Below are positions 27,251 through 41,416 of a stretch of DNA of 64,000 nucleotides, piece by piece. The stretch comes from Antedon mediterranea (Eukaryota > Animalia > Echinodermata), in contig NC_092675.1 of the NCBI RefSeq assembly GCF_964355755.1, positions 9,543,812 through 9,607,811 of the forward strand. The letters are read 5' to 3'. Each line of letters starts with the position of its first letter. Positions within the stretch are counted from its first letter, which is position 1. The position numbers were made by a program, and so were the translations under genes. A model generated the notes under the pieces. It was not told the origin of the DNA. It searched no databases and saw nothing but the letters and a program-made list of their open reading frames with translations.

Positions 27251-30200
27251 ATAGACGAGGGCCGAATGCGGCATTAGTCACTATGATGTTTTTTCAATAT
27301 GAAAACACGGCCCATATCCTATAATCTTTTACCATCATTATCCTAGATACGGTAGTCATGCGATGATAAATGACTGGTTTGTCATTTTTTAATGATCGCA
27401 TGGAGGGATCAATCAAAGTTGCCATTCTCGTTGGCGTTATTCTTCAATTAATGTAAAAAAATGATTACTTCTGGATTGATCCACAAAAACAATCGTGTTT
27501 TATATCCATCACGGCGAACATCAATAAAGCATCTTCAATCAGTATTGCTTAGTTGGTAAAATAATTTAGTTTTGTACGGTATCTAGTTCAGGAGTGTCAT
27601 GGAAAAAACCTACATACGGCAAACAATGCCGATTAAAATGTGGTTTTTTTTCGCATAGAAAAAAAATAATCCGTCGAAAGTAGAGTGCTGCCGCATATCT
27701 ATTCGAATAGCTGCATTTTAGGACCATGGATGAAAAAAGACCATACGAAGTTTTCGAACCAAGAAAAACAAACTTGACCGGTTATATCGGAAAAATAATG
27801 TCAGAGCCATATAATATGGCTCTGAATAATGTCATATAACAGCGCCCTCTGACGTGTGGAAGTTTTCAAATCGAGGTGGAATACAATACAGCAGTATAAA
27901 TTTTTTTTATACGCCACCACGGTTTAGTATGTTAAATAAATGTTTATGCTGCCGTCAAAGGTTTTTATTGAACGTTTTATTAAGTCTATTAACGATTGAA
28001 TAGGGCAATGATTGACATACATTTTTCTAATAAGATACATCATTCTCGTCATAGAACAGTATTGCAAAGAGAATATTTGCAAACAATCAAATATATAGGC
28101 CTATATGCTGTTGTTACTGGGTCTTACGTATAGTATAGTAGTCGTTTCTACGACTTTCCAATTTTCAATAACAAAAACAGCTTTTCAAGGTTTTTTTTAT
28201 AGTTTAGTTTACGTAACAATAACTGATTCATAATAGTAGTAATTATTATTAATATACAAGTTATAATTTATAAACATTTCGGTTGTATACATACCCCCCC
28301 CCCCCTCCCCCTATTTGACATATGGATCCGCCACTGGGATTTAGGGTTAATTAAATGTTTTCATCTTCTGGGTCAAGCGACATTGCCAGAATGGTCAGAA
28401 TTGCTGTTTTGGACATTCACACAATCAAGTAGCTGGCTAATAATATATACGTATTTTAATATAGGCCACGGTGTTATTGATGAATGTGACGATTTGCTAA
28501 AGGAGAACTGTTGCGAGATAAAAGATATATTCCTTGTATTTTTGTGATTTTTAAATTAGGAATTAATAGAAAGGAATGAAAACAGGCCAGTATTTTGTAT
28601 AATATAAACCGGGATATTGATGATCAGTATACAATAATGTTAGGAACCGTGGCACAGCGCCACCACTTCATCGTTGTCGATAGTTGTTTTATACAGACAT
28701 ATCACTTTCCTCTTTTGTCAGAACAGGGACCGTATGTTAACCTTGGAACAAAATAGGTTGACATGAATAATTCTCTATCAATTACCGGCATGAATTTTCT
28801 AATGTCGACACTCATTAGATGAGTTCTCGTTTTACAAAATCAATCAACGAATGAGCAGGGCGAAAACATCCGTTCGTTCATCTGCAGCATCCAGGTAGTA
28901 ACATGGTTTTCGTCCTTGTTGTAGTCACCGAATGATGAGCAAAAGAGCAGTGAACTTAATTTATGTATGGGGTTTGGATCACAGGTGTCGTGGCGGTACT
29001 CTGACCACCTGGTAAATAGTGGCACCTGCTGCTAGCCCGTGATCATGAGCGGATCCACACCCATCATGAAGGAATGACTCGTACGAAAGTTGAATTCTTT
29101 GTACATACATGGCCTATGATTTTATAGCTCCTTGTTCGTATTTTTTAAATAGAAAATGTTCCCTTAACAAAGTGTCCCCTGAATAGTAGAGGTGTCCCAA
29201 ATGAGAGGTTCTATCATTTAAAAAGACGGCCGGCCGAAAAAGGTTATCTTTCATTAAAAACAATGTTTTCTATCTATTTCCAAACTAATCCGGGTGGTTC
29301 CATCTGACAGCTGTATTTTTAGTTCCATTTTATTTTTATTACAGTATTATTATTATACCGTAGATATTAACAATAACAATATTTTAATTCTTTTCTTAAT
29401 ACATAGGACCTATCATTGCTATTTTATCATGAAGAGTATAAATAGTATTATAGTACAGTGCCTAAAATTAATTAAGGTCAGTGATGATTTTCAAAATAGC
29501 AGACATATCTTGACCGACCGTTTGTGCTGTGTATAACCTATAATCAATAGTGACTATTTATTATAACAAACGGTTAACAAAGTGACATTTTGCGGGTCAA
29601 AATTTCCAAAGCATACTGTAAATTAAATGTTTATACCACATATTTCAAAACGAATTATAAATAGAGACATTGAAATTGACAGAGCATGATGCTGATAAAA
29701 AGCGAACGAAGCTCGGTCGCCCAAACTGACATGTGTGCACAACTCCCAACGGATGACTCGTCCTATCACAACCCCCTCCGCGTACGCAGACCACGGTGGT
29801 TTGTTTAAAGCTTAAGTTATAATTCCTTCAATATTCATCATATTATTAATAAGCAATTGGTTACTGATGTCCTTCAAACGTAACCATGTCGTTGAATGAC
29901 ATTTGAAGGGTGCAGGAAATATCTGTACCACGTCAAATTTCCTCAATCTGAATAAATCCATAAATCATCTTTTGAAAAATCCCTCAATAGCTTTTGATTT
30001 TATGGATCAACTCATTAATAATTATAATAAATATTAACTTGTTATACACGTAAGAAGTTAGTAATGTAATTGAAGCGTGATTCCTAACGAGTGAAATTTA
30101 GGACACATTATCTTTTTTAAGTCATCATAACTCATAGGTTTTAATTTGTTAACGACCAATCATCACTTTGTTATGCTGTTGTTGCGAATACATCAGCTGT

Positions 30201-31533
30201 ATAATGTGTACTTTAAAAGAAAGGTCACTCCTCGCATGTACGTGTTGTTAGTTTAGTTAATACGTTCTAAAATAGTAATTACTTCATTAGAATCTAATTA
30301 AGGCATTTAAATCAGTAAAATTGCAGATAAAAACCACAAAACACACCCAAGTAATAAGAACAGGTGTATAGCATACATATGAGCTGTGCACGAGTTGTTT
30401 ATCGTCTTGTAAAATTCTCGCTCGAGTTCTCGTCGCATAATTTGTCCGTTTGCACGTTTTCTACGGACGCCCTCTCTGTTAAAAAATCGTATAATTAACT
30501 ATGTTTATCTGTTCAAATTTTCATCATTTCCTTTCGTTAGGCTATCCGTGAATGAGATTGTAATGTGCTGGCTCAAACACCATGTGCATAACTAAAACGT
30601 TTCTTAAGAAGAAGAAGAAAAAAAAGGGTTTACATTTTACCATTTTGTTGTCAAATTTGAGCCATTTCTTTCAACACAAATAGGGGAGATTTAAATAGGC
30701 ATTATTTTGTTATGCAGTGTAAATACAACACGATGTTATATACAATGGATTCATTATGTTGTGTCTACGATGTAATTCACGTACATAATCCACTGTAGGC
30801 CAGTATACAACATTCTTTACAATGGTTACAATAGAACCGTTGGAGGAACATTGTAACATCACACATAGCTTTAAGCAATAACGTTTGTACACAGCATGGA
30901 CCATGAATATACTAGGTCTATGGTTGTATACCTTCTCTTCCTTGGTGTTTTTTTTTTCTCGAATTCATTAAATTAGTTTTATTCTGTGTATAAAGGAAGG
31001 AAATAACAGGCCTATTATACATCAATCAAGGGCGCCACATGAGTACAAAAAGTTCAATGCTCCTATATTGACCACATGCACAGATATATATCGATAGTCA
31101 GACAATTTCCGTTATTATTGTTATTGGTTGTACTGTTTAAACGTTTATGGTTTTAAATACTGATAAGTATTACATCAAAGAAATGCCGCTCCAGTCAATC
31201 ATTTTGTAAAGACGGATTTAAGTTGATTGATGTAAACAAACACCATGCCTAGATATTGATACTATCTATCAGTGTATTGGAACATAGTACTTATGTGAGT
31301 AATTATTGTGTGACAATCGACTATTATGAGCTCACACTAAACTATTGTTTTTCACGCACTTTTCGAATCAATAATAATTTCTTACAATTTAGTTTTTCAT
31401 TAATTTTGCTATTTATTGATGATGGTGTTGCTGTTGTTTAATTGTATCAATTTGTTCTTATTTTGTTGATTTGTATGGTTTTGTTTCTTTTTTTTCAAAC
31501 ATACAGAGTTTTAACTACTGTATAATATTTAGT

Positions 31534-31627
31534 AAAGCTCTGACAAATGTGGCCAAATATGGTAGTGATACGTCATGTCAATATATGGGCACATCAATGT
31601 TGTTTTGTCACAACAGTTTGATAGTGA
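31534..31627 (-). mobile_element. Degenerate copy of the 17573 MITE-like repeat
   Basis: AAATATGGTAGTGATA..TCATG..ATATATGGGCACATCA..TTTTGTCACA..AGTTTGATAGTG. Confidence 0.55.
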
Positions 31628-34578
31628 GAAAGAACTTTAGTAGTACTTCAATATTAGTTAAAATGTAGTAAAAGTAATGGAAAATAACCCACGATAAAGG
31701 TACAAACATCACTTCAGTGTCTCTCAACAAGAACTCGATGGCAGCCTGCAATAGTTAGTCTTGGTTCTAGATCGTAATTAGTAAAGATAACTATTCTGGC
31801 ACATATGGCGTTTCATACGTATACTACTAATAAAAACATCGAAACTCCGACTAACTACAGACAAGGAGCAAAGTCTAGCAATAGGCATACAAAACAAACA
31901 ATATAACGACGGACGGGCCACAACCGCCACTCAATCAAGTCATCAAATCATTAACATGTCACAATAAGTCACTTATCAAGAAAAAGGGTCAGATAGTAAA
32001 GATCAAAGGGATGCCGTCGAAAGTGATTTACCTGTTATGGTACCTGTCGCGTGATTTAACTGAGAGCGTACCGTAATTAGAATGTACAGAAAGTAGATAA
32101 CCCGCCGACAGGTGGTTTTCTAAAAAAGCTTGCACCGAGAAAATGAGATGCATTCATCTCGCAAAATGGAAAAGTTAATCTTAATATTAGATGAACTGCA
32201 CTGGTTTTTATTCAATGGAAAAAAAATCGATAGTTTTAAAATTTTACCAAAAATATCAAGCCAATTTTTAAATGATTTGTTGTTAATGACATACGCAAAT
32301 ATACCTCCCTGAATTGACCATACATTTTATCCATTCATCCAGTCATTAGAAAAAACATACAAATTGGACGTGTACTTCCGTAATCATCTCCAATTAACTT
32401 TAACGCGTTATCCTATTACGATAATTTCACATAAAACGCGTTTTTAATTGAACATTGAAACTAACAGGATCTTGCCAAAGGGTGTGGCGCCTAGCGTACT
32501 TAGCGACCCTCTGTCATAATACTCCAATTAACAGATATTACCGTCTGTGGAAGAGTTACCAATTTGTAGAATATTAATTAATTACGAGTATATCACCAGT
32601 CATATATTTTTGTAAATAGTTGTTTCTAGAAAGTATACATTGTATTGAGTTCGGTTATCTGTCTTTCGAACAGTGGCATGATAATATAAAACAAAAACAA
32701 CATAGGCCTATATTTGTCTAGGCCTAACTGTAATGTAATAACGGTGTGAGAGATTCCACGATTTTAAAGCAACGGTTGAATGTTCAGGGTGGGAGGAAAG
32801 TGAATTGTGTCCAGTTAAAGTGATTTTTCTAAAAATGTGTTTTTGGGTAAAGCAAATCACGAAGGCCTAATATAATATGTGAAATGGCGTGAATAACCGT
32901 AGGCGGTTATGTAAAATTTGATATTTAAAAAATAATATGATAGATGAGTGTAGGTCAACCGATTAACCTAAAGAATGTCGATCATCCGGACTTAAAGTTT
33001 TTTATTTTTTTATTTTATCAAAATGAATAAATGAATAAATGTTAAAAACTATTTAAAAGTAATGCTGTTTTACTTTTTCTTTTCCATGTGACAAGAGAAC
33101 AGATCGGGAAATAATGGACAGCAGCGGAGAATGATCGATGTACAAACGATTGGTTACGATTCAACCAGACGACAGCCTTTACTTTTCATATTATTTTTCC
33201 GCTTCTTTCGAAATGTCAATTGTCATCAAAACTATCAGCTAGCTCTTCTCTGTAGTGATAGCCGTTTCCCGACAACGTAAAGCGCAAACGGAAAGGCAAA
33301 AACAAGCACAGGCTTTGGGCTGCTCAAGCGGAAATCCGCGCTGATTGGCAGGCCTAGATCAAAGTATATCCATAACTGAATGCCGTTTCGCTGTTGGAGG
33401 ATTATTTACGAACCTGCCTCGAGAGATTTGAATGCATAAGGGATATGAAGTACGCAATACATAATTCAAAGCGTAATGAAGACCGATCGTCCAATGACTA
33501 TAAAACTTTACGGGATCTGGAGACAGACCAGAAAGAAGCCGACATGCTATAAATAAAGGCTGATGGAAGACTTTAAATGCCTGTCAGAATAATAACGAAT
33601 TTGCACTGATGATGGACGTATACAAACAACCGATCCATTATCAGGCTTTAATTTTAACCGTAGATGTCGCTGTTCAGATATAAAGTACCATCATAAATTA
33701 ACACTCTGTGATACAGTTTTTTTTTTCAAAGGTGACAGGAAGGCAATTTAAAAGAGCTTTATTTCAAATCGAAAAGATAATTTGTCGGGAGATAATTGTC
33801 GGCAATGAAAGTACATTCTCATTTACAAGAAACGATCCATTTCAATACTTTTCCATCGGCAATTTGCACTTTTAATACTATTTTTGTTTGAAGTGCGAAT
33901 TAATGAATGGCATACGTTATGAATAACGGATGTCATAATTCTGCACAACTTTCACCTCTCCACCACACAACATACATTTTCTCTAGATACCAGTCTCGGC
34001 AATCTACAACAAATTAAAAGGGCAACTTTTGGAATGGCTAAAGCCTATAAATATAATTGCATTGATAAGGACACCTGGTGAAAAACATTTTTGTCAACCA
34101 AAGATACAAAGAGTGGCGAAGATGCGCGCATCATTGCATTATTATTAATGTTTTTTACTTTTGACTTATAACGTTTATTTATTTCTTCTTATAAACGCCT
34201 CGCCACATGCATATATAGGCCTACACAATATATTACAACAAATTTCTTTTGTAGAATTCATGAATTGATTGAAATTATCTACAATTTACAATTGACCAAT
34301 TTTTGCTGCATTTTATCATTGTTATAATTTCAACATTAAACATGTTACCACATTATTCCTAATCATAAAGCCAGCGGAACAATAAACGCTCTGGACGTTT
34401 ATTCAAATAAATACCGTATGGTATATTCTTTTAGTTTTTTTCCGACGGTGTGTTCTGCGCATTTCGAATGGTCCATTGGTCAAATTATCTACGGTTGGTC
34501 TTACGTCATTGCATGTGGGAACCACGCTTTAATATGATTGAAAATGTTCATCTGGTTTGTAGTACAGTAATAAGTTAT

Positions 34579-34663
34579 TAGAAATGTTCTTTTTTCCAAA
34601 CCAACAATTAGTATGTATTTAGTTTACATACTAATTGTTGGTTTGGAAAAAAGAACATTTCTA
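34579..34663. repeat. Perfect 39-bp inverted repeat with 7-nt loop
   Basis: TAGAAATGTTCTTTTTTCCAAACCAACAATTAGTATGTA tttagtt TACATACTAATTGTTGGTTTGGAAAAAAGAACATTTCTA. Confidence 0.95.
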
Positions 34664-36031
34664 GTAACCACGCTTTAATGTTATGCATTTCACACCAGTT
34701 ACACTTTTAAATCAACCTTTTTTTCCACGATTTGTTCGTTGCCATCGTATCAAAGCAAAAATGTGGTAATGTTTGTTCAGTTTGTTTTCCATGTATATAC
34801 ACTTTCCATTTAAATTCACTATAGCTATCGTATATTAACGAAATACATTGTTATCATTAGTATTCTGATGAATATTCACAATTGGAGATCAACCTCTTTA
34901 GCGATTGTGATTGATCTACATGGATAATTATCGTAGATTATTGCCTGTTGGATCATCTACCTATGATTTTACATATGCAGACTTTCACTCGGAATATTGA
35001 CAAATAAGAGAAGGTGAAATGATCGATGAACTAGCCATAGGCATGAATAACAAGAAAGTGGAACAAGCAGAAAGCCGAGTGCCTCACGTAAAATCGTAAT
35101 GAAAGCCTGCCAGGCTAAGTGACATTATCGGCCACTGTAATTAAAGCGGTAAATACACTCAAAAGAAAGAAACAATTAGAAGGAAAATAAATTCGTACAG
35201 AGTACGGTACTCAATCATTACAATAATCATTATGCTTATCAAAAGTCATGTAAATATATCATTAATTCTAAAACCATTTCGGAAATTGGAATTGCACTCT
35301 TGGAAAGCAAGAATTACAACGTAATGATTGCATGTAGAGGGCGAAGTGTCATTTGTTATGACATACGAAACAAAACACAAGTAGGGTTTCTATCCGAGTT
35401 TTGTATGCCTAAGGGTTCAGGTGAAATGGATTATTGGATATTTCATGACGTTCACAGGATAAAATCTCGAAAAAAAAACTTTAGATTGAAATTGTTTATG
35501 ACTAAAGAGAAAATAATTAAAGCACCCAGAAACAGGCCGAGCGAAATACTGTACATCGCCCAGTTATTGAGCGCTTAATTTATTATTTGTTAACGCCATT
35601 TCATTTCAAACGTAAGTATACTTTAAAGTTCCAATTATCACCACCAATTAATTTAATATACAGTACTTGGACAGACGCAAAAGCAATGGTACGAAGACTG
35701 AATTTTCAATTAAATTCTATAACTAGGTCTAATCTACAGGGAATATAAACAGTACTTGATTTGTTTCAGTGTTTATTTCAGATACAGAAGGAAATAATAT
35801 AAATATTATTGCTAGTTGGTAACAATATCCATCTTTTTCAGTGATGATTAAATATTAGAGGAAAACTTATCAGCATCAATTCGGTATCAACATCACTATT
35901 CATCATATCAGACAACAAGAATCATAATATAACATGGCATTCTGTTCTAAATGTGTTAAAAAAGCTCATAATTAATTTTTTTAGTGAGTTGAGTATATTA
36001 TTTATTCGCGAATTAATGCGCTGCATTGATG

Positions 36032-36648
36032 ATGATGGCCATTGAAATAATGATTTGTGGACTATGATATATTTTAGTAACTTGTTTGGTTTGTGTTACT
36101 GGATGTACTATGATGACCATTGAAAGACTGATTTGTGGACTATGATATATTTTAGTAACTTGTTTGGTTTGTGTTACTGGATGTACTATGATGGCCATTG
36201 AAAGACTGATTTGTGGACTATACTAAGATATATTTTAGTAACTTGTTTGGTTTGTGTTACTGGATGTACTATGATGGCCATTGAAAGACTGATTTGTGGA
36301 CTATGATATATTTTAGTAACTTGTTTGGTTTGTGTTACTGGATGTACTATGATGGCCATTGAAAGACTGATTTGTGGACTATGATATATTTTAGTAACTT
36401 GTTTGGTTTGTGTTACTGTATGTACTATGATGGACATTGAAAGACTGATTTGTGGACTATGATATATTTTAGTAACTTGTTTGGTTTGTGTTACTGGATG
36501 TACTATGATGGCCATTGAAAGACTGATTTGTGGACTATGATATATTTTAGTAACTTGTTTGGTTTGTGTTACTGGATGTACTATGATGGCCATTGAAAGA
36601 CTGATTTGTGGACTATGATATATTTTAGTAACTTGTTTGGTTTGTGTT
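36032..36648. repeat. 78-bp minisatellite, about 8 near-identical copies
   Basis: Unit ATGATGGCCATTGAAAGACTGATTTGTGGACTATGATATATTTTAGTAACTTGTTTGGTTTGTGTTACTGGATGTACT. One copy carries a 5-bp insertion near 36222. Confidence 0.95.
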
Positions 36649-37024
36649 ATACATTATTATATTCTTTGATAAATTTTTTAAAATAATTATGTCAACTTCA
36701 TCACTGTTTACTTTGCAATAAAGGAAATAAATAATAAAAAACAATGTGTGTTATGAATACAGATTGCCACTATGCAAAAAATTATTTATTCATCAAATTA
36801 ATAGCCTGCGCATATTATAACTTATAGAAATACATATTTAGTTAATTTTTATTTTTTATTACATAAATATCTAACAGTAACAATTTATTTACGTTTGGTT
36901 TACATTTTACAATGTTTCGACAACATTAGTTTATGACTTTCGTCATCACATTTATATAACGTGAATGTGATATCATTCCTTATTATTACTGATACCATTC
37001 CGGAATTATTCTTCAACTTATAGT

Positions 37025-37250
37025 GCAGCTGTAGCTTGGTGGTTAACGTGCTTGCCTTCCAATCCAAAGGTCCAGATTCAATCCTGACCTAGTGCCAGGG
37101 TTGTAACTCACCAATCTTTTAACTCCACTCCCTAAACCTCAAATGAGACTTGGTTTACAAGGACAAACAATTATAAAACAAAATAGTTTATCCATCCTGT
37201 AATTGTCAAGTTAATCTCTGGTTGATGCGTATGAAAGAAAAAACAAATAT
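37025..37250 (+). mobile_element. tRNA-derived SINE-like element (tRNA-Gly(TCC)-like head)
   Basis: A-box TAGCTTGGTGG, anticodon-arm-like TGCCTTCCAA and B-box-like GATTCAATCC within 37025-37097. The cloverleaf is degenerate. An A-rich end lies near 37235-37248. Confidence 0.55.
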
Positions 37251-37871
37251 AGTTCCACGTCTCATGAACATTGTCATTTTGGCCGTACAAACATAGGACT
37301 GATGAAAATAATTCCCCCAACGAAACACTGTGGGGTTGTACACTTCATTATATTGAAATATAATTGATAGTATGTGATATGATATTGTTTTGAAGTAGCT
37401 GTCCCTTTCAAAATATCATTATGGAGTATCAAAAGGAATAATGGCGATTAGATTTTTTTTGTAAGTAGGATGCCTAACAAATGGTTGATTAACATGTAGC
37501 AAGCAGCAGCGTACGGCTATGAGCGCTTTCTGGCTAAACCGATAAGCTGCAGGCATTAAAATATGTTGACAAAGGCTATAAAACGCCTTCCAGTCATGTT
37601 GGAGGGCCATAGGGTCCCTAAACCAGGGACCCAGGCCTCTGTGTTACACTACTTGTAGCAAACCACGTTTCTCGCACGTAGTCAAATCATGGAGGTATTT
37701 CATTACCACCAGTGCCATAATAATAATGGTAACATTTAGATTACAGTACATTCAACAGGACCAATAATACATCACATATTCATAAAGTAGTTTGTATAAG
37801 CCTCACTTATGTTGTGTAAGTCTCACTCACTTTATGTATTTAAGTAGGCCTATTGGTACACTGCCTGGCAA

Positions 37872-37975
37872 TCATTTGAGTCCAATAAGTTTCTCTACTG
37901 GTTCATACATCCATTCTGTGTCATTCAACTTTCCCATTTCTTTTTTCAACTCTTCTAATCGTTGTTCATGAAGCT
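37872..37975 (-). CDS. ANAPC16: Anaphase-promoting complex subunit 16, exon 3
   Basis: tttctatatctag|AG: (E)LHEQRLEELKKEMGKLNDTEWMYEPVEKLIGLK*, matching the recalled APC16 C-terminus (human ...DEWRFKPIEQLLG). Spliced CDS is 267 nt, 88 aa. Confidence 0.9.
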
Positions 37976-38236
37976 CTAGATATAGAAACAATAACATCAA
38001 CGCTATTATTAGACTGTAATTACAGTACTGTATAATAATATTAATAGTCTTTATGCTATAAATAACAGAGGGCAGCAGACAATAAATTATCTTGTCTTTC
38101 TACTACTAATGTGTGCAATCCTTTTATTACACATAACACACATGGAAGTTGCAATAAGACAATAATAGACTTACAATATGCCTAAGTAGTCTTTAGTTTC
38201 TACAATTTTAATATTAGGTGGCCTAATAGGTAATAC

Positions 38237-38302
38237 CTTTTTTGAGTTGCAAAAACTTCAGTTCAGTGTCTTGATCAATTTGAAGTCGATTCAATTGAGG
38301 AT
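38237..38302 (-). CDS. ANAPC16: Anaphase-promoting complex subunit 16, exon 2
   Basis: gtttgttcgtatctag|AT...AAAG|GTATTA, 66 nt, phase 1-1. Encodes (D)PQLNRLQIDQDTELKFLQLKK and joins exons 1 and 3 in frame. Confidence 0.85.
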
Positions 38303-39452
38303 CTAGATACGAACAAACATAAGCATTGTAATTGATTACAAAATGTATTCCAATAATTGAAAAAGGCTCTCTCAAGATTTAATTTCAATTTCATTTCTAG
38401 TAACATTTATTTCTTTTTTCAGATAAAACATTAACATTTGACAAACAAAAAGGATTAAAATAAATAATAAATATGCTTCTGCTTCAAAAAAATAAACAAA
38501 TCATGCTAAAAGAAGGACTGGATTACATTAAATGTAAAAAATTGTGTGTAATAAAAAAAAGAACAAAAAGACAGAACAAAACACACACAAACCAAATAGT
38601 CCGGGAGCCCATGAAGATTTGTTTAGCATTGCGAGTACAAAAGGTCTGAGGCATAGAATATGTCAAGTAGGGTCCAGGGACCATCAAACGGCCGTTCTTA
38701 AGTTCCCGCCCCTGTACCACCAACTCTAGGGAGGGGCGCTCAAAATACCCCAAAATTTGATTTAATTAGCATAATCGAGTACATAAATGAAACCAATGTT
38801 AAAATGTTTATTTTTAGGGTCTAATTGAAGATCCATCATTCTTAAGTGTCAGCTCCTGTACCTAGTCCACTTAAGAAAGCCACTAATTAGCGCTAATTAG
38901 CATTTTAATTAGCATGGTCGAGTACATCGATGAAACCTTGGGTAATACAATAAGTACATTTACGCAACTGAGAAAACGTAATTCTTAAGTGCCAACTCCT
39001 GTACCATGACCCCTTAAGAAAGGGTCAAAGGTCAATATATGTCTCACCTATACTTAATTAACATAATGAGTACACCTGTAAAACCAATGCAAAAATGTTT
39101 ATTTTTAGAGTCTAGTTGAAGATCCGTCATTCTTAAGTGTCAACTCCTGTACCTAGTCTACTTAAGAAAGCCATTAATTAGCGCTAATTAACATTTTAAT
39201 TAGCACAATCGAGTACATCAACAGAACCTTCGGCAATACAATAAGTACGTTTTCCCAACCAAGAAAACGTAATTCTTAAGTGCCAAATCCTGTACCATGA
39301 CCTCTTAAGAAAGGGTCAAAGGTCCGTTTCTGTTTTAAAAAAACTTGATTATGCATATTGAAGAAAATTATAAAATATTTATACCAAAATTAATTTTTCG
39401 TTACGCGGATGCATACCACTGTATGAAAACATTCAAACTCCTTTGACACCTT

Positions 39453-40673
39453 AGTGGGGTATCCAGGATTTTGAAGTCGGAGGGCCGGGAGTTGCCAATT
39501 TGCCGACAAAATCAGTGTCATTACTTGTACTGTACATGCCTAGGCCTACACATCAATCAACAATGCAAAATTAAAACCAAATTAAACATTATCTGTTAGT
39601 ATGTTGTATTAATTTTACAATAAAGAAAGAATTACGAAAATCTGACTGGTGGTAGTTTTTTCGAAATATAGGGTCTAAAACATCGCCGAAAATGATCGTT
39701 TTTAGCCATGAAAGATGTAAAACAATCTGAGGCCTCAGTCGACAATTCTATTAGTATTAACTGTGCCATTTTTGGTTAAAATAATTACATATAGGCCTAA
39801 TTACGTTATTTAGTAATTTATTTTATATATCACCACTGGAAATATCAATAAAACATGTTATTAAATGATTATAAAATATATAAAGTTGTTTAATTAACGG
39901 AATTCGGAAAAATTCATTGCTCTAACTTTGTGTGTAGTAACGATCAAAGAGATTCATGGTACACGCGCGAGAGCAAACACTCCGCTGCGGGTGATTCGCA
40001 TCCACTAATCAAATCAGCCAGAATCCAAAATCATTCAACCGTGAGCAATGCCAATCACGAGAAAGCTCAGCTTTGATTGGCTTACGATGACATCATATCA
40101 CAAAATGGTGGTTTTGTAGTTGAGCCTCGCGTTCCAAAAATGAAAATACATGGATATTTTTTATGGTATGTATTAGAAAATGTTAATAATAAAGGCCTCA
40201 TACCGAGAAAAAAACCGGGTTTTTGGCACTTATAATAAATTTATCTTAGAGAAAAAGCACATGGCATGTGGAACTATATAATCTTAGCGTAGGAACCACA
40301 CAAATCCTAGGTCATGAGAGGCTCAACTGCAAAAACAAGGTTGAATAGGGTCTTTACTCAAAGACTTTCGAGTACAGTAAACAATCTAGCGCATACGGCC
40401 GTACGTACGTGCTAAATAAGATATTTTGACCACATTTTTTACATGTTTCGTTAGATGTAATAAATTTCGTTAAATGTAAATAAAAAATAGTTGATCTGAA
40501 GGGATCAATGATATGATATGTAAATAAACAAACATACAAAAGAATTATGTTTACAGTTCAATTATTGTTAGAATAATAGTTTATTCTTATTTGCCTAACT
40601 TTATTTTTTTCCCGGCACCTTTGTTTGCCGACGGACGCGATGATGTGCCGACGAACCCACTGGATACGCCACT
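39453..40673. mobile_element. Nested short-TIR element (hAT-like termini)
   Basis: AGTGGGGTATCCAG ... CTGGATACGCCACT (13 of 14 complementary), with subterminal TGCCGAC motifs at both ends. TSD not evident. Confidence 0.6.
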
Positions 40674-40689
40674 TTTACTACTAATTATA

Positions 40690-41311
40690 CTGTAATAATG
40701 TTATCTCCTTGTCCCACTACTTTGCTCCTAACAAACTCTCCCTCAACCCAATCATAACATCTTATTTAGAGTTATAATAATGATAATATAATAATGTCAA
40801 TACTTAAAACTTGATTGAAAACCATGAAATCCCATCAGTTAAATCTATAAATTTTATTGAATCATCTTTAATAACAGCCTCTCATCATGGAAACTCTCTA
40901 AGAAAATGAGAAAAAAGTGTGTCTTGGAATCCTATCAAAGTTATCTTCCTTCCTCCCCTCTAGTATTCTCAAAACTCATTATCCTTAACTCATCCTTTCT
41001 TATTCGAGCTATCGTAATATTGTGTTGGCCAACCCAACAAACATCCGTAATTTCATATTCTGCAAAAATTCTTCTAATTATATATCTGGCACCCATTCAC
41101 TGTCGCATTACTCCCATTTATTTTTCCTTCCTTTACTTCTTAAACTCAAATGATCATGCGGACATTAATTCTTTTACCAGCAAGGACAAGGTGTATCTTT
41201 TTGCTACTAATAACACCATTCAATCCTGCCACAAGATCTTCATCTTTTTGGGATTCCGTCTTCGTCCATTAATATTTAGGTGATCATTTTTTACATTATT
41301 ATTATTATTAA
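40690..41311 (+). mobile_element. Degenerate non-LTR retrotransposon (CR1/L2-like) 3' fragment
   Basis: Frame-broken peptides YFAPNKLSLNP, IENHEIPSVKSINF, NNSLS and SYLPSSPL follow the order of RT C-terminal motifs (WFxxNKLSLN, IxxVxxxKFLG, DxxLSW). Ends in a (TTA)n tail. Confidence 0.55.
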
Positions 41312-41416
41312 TAAGTGGTTTTCTTAATAAGCGGAATGGGTAGGCATACAGGTGATGGATCTTAAGTTGTCTCTAAATATAAACATTTTAGAATTGGTTT
41401 CACATTGTGTTCTCAC

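Noticed and set aside
36013-36648. CRISPR-like array or repeat-protein gene
   Set aside because: The units are contiguous and identical with no unique spacers, there are no cas genes, and the context is eukaryotic. The ORFs are a by-product of the 78-bp unit and are frameshifted.
37025-37097. Functional tRNA-Gly gene
   Set aside because: The acceptor and anticodon stems pair poorly and the B-box is mutated. It is better explained as a SINE head or pseudogene.
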